DNA from: an uncultured bacterium
GTDB lineage: Bacteria > Babelota > Babeliae > Babelales > JABCYS01
Direction of reading: 5' to 3'
Assembly: GCA_963705705.1 (NCBI GenBank)
Contig: CAVPKK010000004.1
Coordinates: 1 to 64,000 of the forward strand
Length of the DNA stretch: 64,000 nucleotides
Shown here: in pieces, positions 58,075 to 64,000 of the stretch
How the letters are laid out: the number at the start of each line of letters is the position of its first letter
Position numbering within the stretch: position 1 is the first letter of the stretch
Program-made: the position numbers and the translations under genes
Notes under the pieces: model-generated
The model's input: the letters and a program-made list of their open reading frames with translations, nothing else
Databases searched by the model: none
What the model was told of the DNA's origin: nothing

Positions 58075-59061
58075 ATGACAGTACTCAACGTACAAAACCT
58101 CATCAAATCATTTACCATCGGGCTTTGGCCATTCAAAAAGCCGGAGACGTATACCGCAGTAAATGATATTTCCTTTCAGATACAGAAAAGTGAAATTCTT
58201 GGCTTTCTTGGACCAAACGGCGCAGGCAAGACAACTACAATTCAGATGCTTCTTGGCACCATGACACCAACAAGCGGATCAATTACCTATTTCGGCCAAG
58301 ATTTTGCCACCAATCGTATCGCCGCGCTCAAGCGCATTGGATATGCCAGTGGCTATGACCGATTTCCTGCCCGTTTAACGGTAACAGAAAACTTAGATAC
58401 CGTTGGCCGGATTTATGGCCTTGAACAGCCGCATCGCTCGCAACAGATAGAAAAACTTCTGAAGGTTTTTGGCATTTGGGAGTTGCGTGATCGGCCAACC
58501 GGCGGTCTTTCGGCGGGGCAAACAACACGCGTAATGCTGGTAAAAGCATTTATGGCAGATCCAGAAATTGTATTACTTGATGAGCCGACCGCCTCATTGG
58601 ATCCGGATGTTGCCCATGAAGTTCGGCAATTTATTTTGGCACAACGCAATGAGCATGGCACTTCGATATTGGTTACTTCTCACAATATGGACGAGGTAAC
58701 TGAATTATGCGATCGCGTTCTCGTGCTTAAGAAAGGCACCATTATTGCGGATGATACGCCTGAAGTGTTAGCGCAATCAACATCGAAAGTGCGCGTTCAT
58801 CTGACGATTGCACATGATATTGAAACAGTAATCAAATATCTTGATACGGAAAAACTCGACCGCCGCGCTCATCCTGAGTTAATCGAAGGATCAGATCGCG
58901 CGAAACCAAACCATCTCACCATTGAATTAGATGAGCATGCCATTGCGCAATTTCTGGCTGATTTGGCCAAACAAGGGATTATCTACTCACATATTTCCAT
59001 CGATAAGCCAACACTCGAAGACTATTTCTTAAGCGTCGCTAAGCAAAAAGGAAATTCATGA
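58075..59061 (+). CDS. ABC-2 type exporter ATP-binding subunit, with in-frame repeat
   Basis: GPNGAGKTT, LSAGQ, LDEPTASLD, TSHNM, C-terminal PTLEDYFL. Confidence 0.93.
   Translation: MTVLNVQNLIKSFTIGLWPFKKPETYTAVNDISFQIQKSEILGFLGPNGAGKTTTIQMLLGTMTPTSGSITYFGQDFATNRIAALKRIGYASGYDRFPARLTVTENLDTVGRIYGLEQPHRSQQIEKLLKVFGIWELRDRPTGGLSAGQTTRVMLVKAFMADPEIVLLDEPTASLDPDVAHEVRQFILAQRNEHGTSILVTSHNMDEVTELCDRVLVLKKGTIIADDTPEVLAQSTSKVRVHLTIAHDIETVIKYLDTEKLDRRAHPELIEGSDRAKPNHLTIELDEHAIAQFLADLAKQGIIYSHISIDKPTLEDYFLSVAKQKGNS
58864..58900 (+). repeat. CCTGAG-family palindromic unit inside coding sequence
   Basis: CGCGCTCATCCTGAGTTAATCGAAGGATCAGATCGCG; first 30 nt identical to 57202-57231. Confidence 0.88.
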
Positions 59062-59852
59062 TTGCATGGTCACCAATTTGGGCAATGGTATTGCGGCATG
59101 CTCGTATGTTGCGCCGTGATTTTAACTTTCTGTTGGGTGTATTTTATTGGCCATCTCTCGATATTTTAATCTGGGGATTTTTGGGCTCCTGGATTCAGCA
59201 TACAACACCAGGTAAATTTCAGAACTATGAAGCGGTAGCGCTGCTCGGCGTTCTATTGTGGCAAGTTGTAGGCCGTGGTTGTAACATTATGGCCATTTCC
59301 TTCTGTGAAGAGCTTTGGTCACAAAATGTAATCAACCTCTTTTCGTTGCCCATACGAATATCAGAATGGATGTGCGGCATCGTATTATTTACTGCAATCA
59401 TGATCGCATGCACCTTCATGGTAAGCATGACAGTTATTTATGCATTATATGATGTCTCGATATGGCAATTGCTTTCTACGTTTTTAATCTTTGTAACGCC
59501 ACTCTTTCTGGCATGCATTTGGGTAGGGTTTACCTGTTTGCAGATTATCGTAACGCTGGGAAAACGAGGCGCGGAACTTGGCTTTGTATTCGCCTGGTTT
59601 TTAATGCCGTTCAGCGGCGCTTTCTACCCAATAGATGTTTTGCCGCGCTGGGGCCAGATGGTCAGCTCTTGGATACCAATGAGCTATGTGTTTCAAGGAA
59701 TGCGCGGATATCTCATGCACAACCAAGATCCTACGCCATACCTTATTAAAGGCTATGCATTAGGAACACTATATGCGACCTTCGCCATCATATTATTTGT
59801 ATATTGTTTTAACCGCAGCAAACGCTATGGCCTTGCCCGGTTGGCAGACTGA
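59058..59852 (+). CDS. ABC-2 type exporter permease
   Basis: EELWSQNVINLFSLP, FYPIDVLP, PMSYVFQGMR; ATGA overlap with the ATPase. Confidence 0.9.
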   Translation: MIAWSPIWAMVLRHARMLRRDFNFLLGVFYWPSLDILIWGFLGSWIQHTTPGKFQNYEAVALLGVLLWQVVGRGCNIMAISFCEELWSQNVINLFSLPIRISEWMCGIVLFTAIMIACTFMVSMTVIYALYDVSIWQLLSTFLIFVTPLFLACIWVGFTCLQIIVTLGKRGAELGFVFAWFLMPFSGAFYPIDVLPRWGQMVSSWIPMSYVFQGMRGYLMHNQDPTPYLIKGYALGTLYATFAIILFVYCFNRSKRYGLARLAD

Positions 59853-59902
59853 GGTAAAGAACTATTTGCAATAGTCTTTGGTGACTCAATAATGATTAGC
59901 TA

Positions 59903-61006
59903 TTACCAGAGATTGGCAAAACGCTCATCAATTTCTTGGCGGCGGCGAGCATCAGCTCCAGGATTGAAATCAAATTTACGATCTTTTTGTTCTTTTTGCT
60001 CAGCTTCATCTTGTTGTCTCTGAACTTCTTTCTGCGCATGCTCAAGGATAAGTTCATATGCATCGCGTATATCATTCCAACGTTCTGGGTTACCACCCTT
60101 ATCAGGGTGAACACGTAGAGCAAGTGAGCGATAGATCTTTTTCACTTCATCGATGGAGGCACCTTGAGCTAGCGGCTGTCCATCAATTTGCTGCGATGCT
60201 TTATCAAGAATACGATACGCACGATTGTTAATATATTTGCGCAAAAAATTAATGTGCCATCGCAGCAGAATATCGGGGCTTTCAGTGAGTTGGAATCCAA
60301 TAGCTCTTTTGGCCGGTAATAATAGAGGGTTCCACCAGCCATTCGGCCCAAGAAGCTCCATTTCTTCTAGAACAGAATTCCCAAACTGCCCATGAAGGTT
60401 ACCAAACTGTCGATTAATAGCCTCATACGCCTGTGGGCCGCCGATCGCCAAATTATTCAATATTTCCTGCACAAACCCTTGTGCCCGAATTCTACGTTCA
60501 TTAGTGCTTTGTTGGCCGTGCAAATCATTGATTTCTCTATTTCTATCCCTTATCTCGTTTTCAATCGTCGTCAGTTCCCTAAATTTATTTTCTACCTCAC
60601 TGGCAAAGCGCAGTCTTTCCGCTCGTATAGATTGGCTCTTGTTATATAAAAGTTTGATTCCGCCCAATATTCCCAGCCAAATCATAGCATAGAATGGCAC
60701 GCTGAATGATTCATGTGTGGCAAAACTCTTTTTCAAAATGGATGCTGTATTTGCATCGCAAAGCTCTTCTGCATATTCAGCTGCCTGCCAATATAATTCT
60801 GCATCGGTTTCACCATTCGACTTTCCTAAAGCCAGAGCAGTTATCTCAGCTTTATTAACCGCCAGGTAAGAGATCAGACTCTGGTTGTTTTTGACAGCTT
60901 TATAGAGGTCAACGATATACGGTTTTGGCTGTTGTTCTACAGCTAAGATAGGGGAGATGAATGTTAATGTGCTTAACATTAATGACGCTGTTCTTATATT
61001 AAGCAT
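59903..61006 (-). CDS. Membrane-anchored coiled-coil protein with C-terminal DnaJ J-domain
   Basis: Signal peptide, TM, coiled coil, EVKKIYRSLALRVHPDKGG..IRDAYELI. Confidence 0.85.
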   Translation of the reverse strand: MLNIRTASLMLSTLTFISPILAVEQQPKPYIVDLYKAVKNNQSLISYLAVNKAEITALALGKSNGETDAELYWQAAEYAEELCDANTASILKKSFATHESFSVPFYAMIWLGILGGIKLLYNKSQSIRAERLRFASEVENKFRELTTIENEIRDRNREINDLHGQQSTNERRIRAQGFVQEILNNLAIGGPQAYEAINRQFGNLHGQFGNSVLEEMELLGPNGWWNPLLLPAKRAIGFQLTESPDILLRWHINFLRKYINNRAYRILDKASQQIDGQPLAQGASIDEVKKIYRSLALRVHPDKGGNPERWNDIRDAYELILEHAQKEVQRQQDEAEQKEQKDRKFDFNPGADARRRQEIDERFANLW

Positions 61007-61799
61007 TAAATTGCTCCAAAAGCTGCTCAAGGTTCTTAATATAGTTCTGCAAATTCTTATCAATTTTATTTTTTGTGGTTTGCATTAAATGCAAATTTCT
61101 TAGAATAGTCCGCTCCTGTGTGTGCAACGATTCTCGAGGTTGTTCAGCACTGGCATTAAGCTGATCTCTCTGCATAGAGACCCTGGCAATCTCGGCATCC
61201 AACTGTCGTATCCAGTCTAGGCCCGTATGTCCATACTTATCAAACATTTCTTTTGCTATTTCATTATCTAAGCCTGACGTTACATCGGCCTGGCGTGAAA
61301 TAAGAGTCATTACAACTATTAATACCACCATGCAACCTGGAGCGTAAACTGTTGTAACCTCAAGGGCATTTAGCCAGCCCGGTGTATTCTTTGCAACCAT
61401 CTCTCCGGACAAAAGCGTACTAAATGCTTTTGCGATTTCATCATCACCCTTTTCTCTTGCATATGCAGCCGCCTTACAAAAGATGGCATCAAGCTCAGAC
61501 TCTTCGCCTTTAGCTTTATCATATATTGTTACATATCTCTGCGTTAAGACCGTCCAACCATCAAGAGAGTTAATGATGATGTTGATCGTTTCATCATCCC
61601 TTAGGAAATCTACTTGCTCGAGCAGCACTCCATTGCTCTTAAGCTCGTCAAGGACATCTTTTACGCTTTTATATAGTGATATTGCGTGTGAAGAGTACTG
61701 CTCTATTGGTTTTTCAACCGCATGCAGGACAGAGGAAAAAGGGAATAGAAAAAAAAGAATTAATAGTAACGATTGTGATTGATACATGTAACGCACCAT
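60999..61799 (-). CDS. Signal peptide + TM + coiled-coil protein, paralog of the downstream J-domain gene
   Basis: Leader ending AVEKP (neighbour AVEQQP), LYKSVK..AAAYARE..D motif; stop overlaps next start. Confidence 0.7.
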   Translation of the reverse strand: MVRYMYQSQSLLLILFFLFPFSSVLHAVEKPIEQYSSHAISLYKSVKDVLDELKSNGVLLEQVDFLRDDETINIIINSLDGWTVLTQRYVTIYDKAKGEESELDAIFCKAAAYAREKGDDEIAKAFSTLLSGEMVAKNTPGWLNALEVTTVYAPGCMVVLIVVMTLISRQADVTSGLDNEIAKEMFDKYGHTGLDWIRQLDAEIARVSMQRDQLNASAEQPRESLHTQERTILRNLHLMQTTKNKIDKNLQNYIKNLEQLLEQFNA

Positions 61800-62254
61800 A
61801 ATAGTTCTTAACTGATTAAGACCGAAGTGATTCTTGGTAGCCCATTGCTGAGAATTACTGTTTGATCTCAGTAAGGCTAGCAGGTAAAAACCATGGTGCA
61901 AACAGGGATTGGATAGTTTGCTAACGGTAAATACAGCCTGAATTAATGTAATATCATAACACCTTCCCACACCAGGAATGAAATGACAATGTAATTGCTT
62001 GCCAACCGATCTGCGGCCGAAGATGGCCCTTAATTCCTGTATAGACCCTACAACCATTTATTTAATTGCACGCCCTGGTACCATGGAAAACTCCCATAAA
62101 GATACCGTTTTTCTATTTTTTGCTTGCCAGCCACTTTGTATATGCCAACGCAGAGCCCATGATAAACAACAATTTCACCGGCTTTATCGCTATACATCAT
62201 CAGCATTGGCAAAGCACAGAAGAATTAGTCACTCAGCACCTGGCGAGAAACAAC

Positions 62255-62833
62255 ATGATAAAGATCAATGATATTTATACCGAACGTTTGCAGCTGCGAC
62301 GTTGGAAAGAATCAGACAAAGAGCCGTTCGCGGCGTTAAATGCCGATCCAGTTGTAATGGAATTTTTTCCTAAATTACTCACACGAGCTGAAAGTGATGC
62401 TTTAGCCAATGATATTAAAGCTCGCTTTGAAAAACAGGGCTTTGGTTTATGGGCAGTCGAACTCAAAGATTCGGGTCAGTTTATTGGATTTGTAGGACTT
62501 AATGTGCCGCAATTTGAGGCGCCATTCATGCCCGCCGTGGAAATTGGCTGGCGATTGGCAAAAGAATATTGGGGCAAAGGGTACGCTACTGAGGCAGCTA
62601 ATGCCGTACTCGATGTTGCCTTTAATAAACTTGGTTTAACAGAAATTGTTTCTTTCACTGTACCGGCCAATACGCCCTCCAGAAAGGTCATGGAACGGTT
62701 GGGTATGACCCATAATCCGATTGAGGACTTTGCCCATCCCAAATTGCCAGTGGACCATCCATTGAGTAAACATGTTTTATATCGTATCAATCGCGATCAG
62801 TGGATGGCATTGAAGAAAACAGATAAGAGATGA
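62255..62833 (+). CDS. RimJ/RimL-type GNAT acetyltransferase
   Basis: TERLQLRRW, VEIGWRL..WGKGYATEAA, NTPSRKVMERLGM; start uncertain (62159 also in frame). Confidence 0.92.
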   Translation: MIKINDIYTERLQLRRWKESDKEPFAALNADPVVMEFFPKLLTRAESDALANDIKARFEKQGFGLWAVELKDSGQFIGFVGLNVPQFEAPFMPAVEIGWRLAKEYWGKGYATEAANAVLDVAFNKLGLTEIVSFTVPANTPSRKVMERLGMTHNPIEDFAHPKLPVDHPLSKHVLYRINRDQWMALKKTDKR

Positions 62834-63408
62834 AAATAGTAGTCATTGTTGCTTTGGCCATTCTTCTGATTGCGATAATAGCCTATAAAAGACAGAAGCA
62901 AGATAAGATCACTTTTCGTGAAGTGGTTGAAAACGATACTGAGCTTATTTATTCGTGGTTGCAAGAACAACATATCAGCACCTGGTGGCCGACGCCAGCA
63001 AAGGATATATTTCTACGAGATTGGTTTAAATCTTTGCGACCCAAGGGTGCTTTTCCCTATTTAGTACTGGTAAATCAAAAGCCAATTGGCCTGATTCAAT
63101 ATTATTCGGCTGAAGGCGAAGCGAATGCCTGGTTGCCAAAGCTCCCGCCGAGCACGTTAGGCATCGATCAGTTTATCGGTGACAAACATTACCTTGGTAA
63201 AGGGTATGGTGTGCGGCTCATCAAGGAATTCATACAATATTTAAAGACTATTGAGCCAAGCATGGCTGCTGTTATCGTAGATCCAGATCCAAAGAATATC
63301 GTGGCTATTAACTGCTATGAAAAAGTTGGCTTTAAGAAAATTGGTGAATATGCGGCTCCCTGGGGCCCGGCATTGGTTATGGTGTATAAGGTTTACCCAG
63401 CGCCATAA
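62830..63408 (+). CDS. GNAT acetyltransferase (AAC(6')/IucB-like fold) with N-terminal membrane anchor
   Basis: GIDQFIG..YLGKGYG, VDPDPKN..AINCYEKVGF. Confidence 0.85.
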   Translation: MKIVVIVALAILLIAIIAYKRQKQDKITFREVVENDTELIYSWLQEQHISTWWPTPAKDIFLRDWFKSLRPKGAFPYLVLVNQKPIGLIQYYSAEGEANAWLPKLPPSTLGIDQFIGDKHYLGKGYGVRLIKEFIQYLKTIEPSMAAVIVDPDPKNIVAINCYEKVGFKKIGEYAAPWGPALVMVYKVYPAP

Positions 63409-63477
63409 TCGCTGCTAAAACTGGACAATCTGACCCCTTTCTTTTACAATCAGGCCTCAACTTTGGGGGTTCCTTTC

Positions 63478-64000
63478 ATGATTCATCTCTTAAATAATCT
63501 TCTCCACGGCTGGAGCGGAACTGTTTTCGGCGTAAGCGCCATAATAGGAACGACACTCTTTGCCATACGTATGTTCCTTTCTTTTTTAGGCGGTTCCTTT
63601 GATCATGATAATGCGTTTGAATCGTACGATGAAGGGCATCATCACGGTACCTCATTCAAGCTGCTCACTCTCCATTCGATATCAGGTTTTCTCATGGCCT
63701 TTGGCTGGGTTGGGCTCGCCTGTGAACGCCAGCTTGGCTTTTCCTCTTTTGCAGCCCTTGGTTTTGCTGTTGGAGCTGGTTTAAGCATGTTGATTCTTGT
63801 CGCTGGAATTATGAAGGCGGCTATGCTGCTGGAAAGCCCCGGCTCGGTTTTTTCTAGTCAAAAAGCGGTGGGTTTGGTTGGTGTGGTGTATCATCGCATT
63901 CCCGAACATGGGCACGGTAAGATTCATGTGGTAGTTGATAATATTCAGCGGGAACTCCTTGCTCAGTCACAAAACAATAAAATATTGGAGTCATTTACCC
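63478..64000 (+). CDS. NfeD/YuaF-like membrane protein (runs off window)
   Basis: Manual translation is open to the end: TM helices, SFKLLTLHSISGFLMAFGWVGL, then VGLVGVVYHRIP..GHGKIHVVV OB-fold start. Confidence 0.75.
   Translation, partial: MIHLLNNLLHGWSGTVFGVSAIIGTTLFAIRMFLSFLGGSFDHDNAFESYDEGHHHGTSFKLLTLHSISGFLMAFGWVGLACERQLGFSSFAALGFAVGAGLSMLILVAGIMKAAMLLESPGSVFSSQKAVGLVGVVYHRIPEHGHGKIHVVVDNIQRELLAQSQNNKILESFT

Noticed and set aside
62830..63408. Aminoglycoside resistance gene aac(6')
   Set aside because: Only fold-level motifs; has a membrane anchor and no mobile context, so substrate is unknown.

Overview
Bacterial chromosomal window. The gene content (two NTT/TLC nucleotide translocases, many signal-peptide proteins with eukaryote-like RING, MYND, LRR, Sel1 and J domains, stand-alone atpG) points to an intracellular parasite of eukaryotes, most plausibly Dependentiae (TM6/Babelota); this assignment is inference. 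Bases 1-14000 hold a minus-strand core cluster: tRNA-Tyr/Gly/Thr/Thr, rpmG, tRNA-Trp, secE, nusG, rplKAJL, rpoB, rpoC, tRNA-Val, rpsO, pnp (5' part). rpoB, rpoC and pnp are broken by indels that look like consensus errors. The rest mixes housekeeping genes (tsaE, atpG, murA, tdk, radA, ABC-F, two ABC-2 exporters, GNATs) with putative secreted effectors. Highlights: (1) a tightly coupled operon of membrane-anchored coiled-coil proteins with a non-canonical C2-H-H-C4 RING finger flanking a signal-peptide MutS-like ATPase, whose N-terminal domain recurs in a second pair ending in a J-domain; (2) two paralogous beta-helix proteins with 18-residue DFNGTFS repeats and a shared promoter plus leader hairpin; (3) a CCTGAG..TCGAAGG palindromic repeat family that nests inside itself and sits in-frame inside an ABC ATPase gene.
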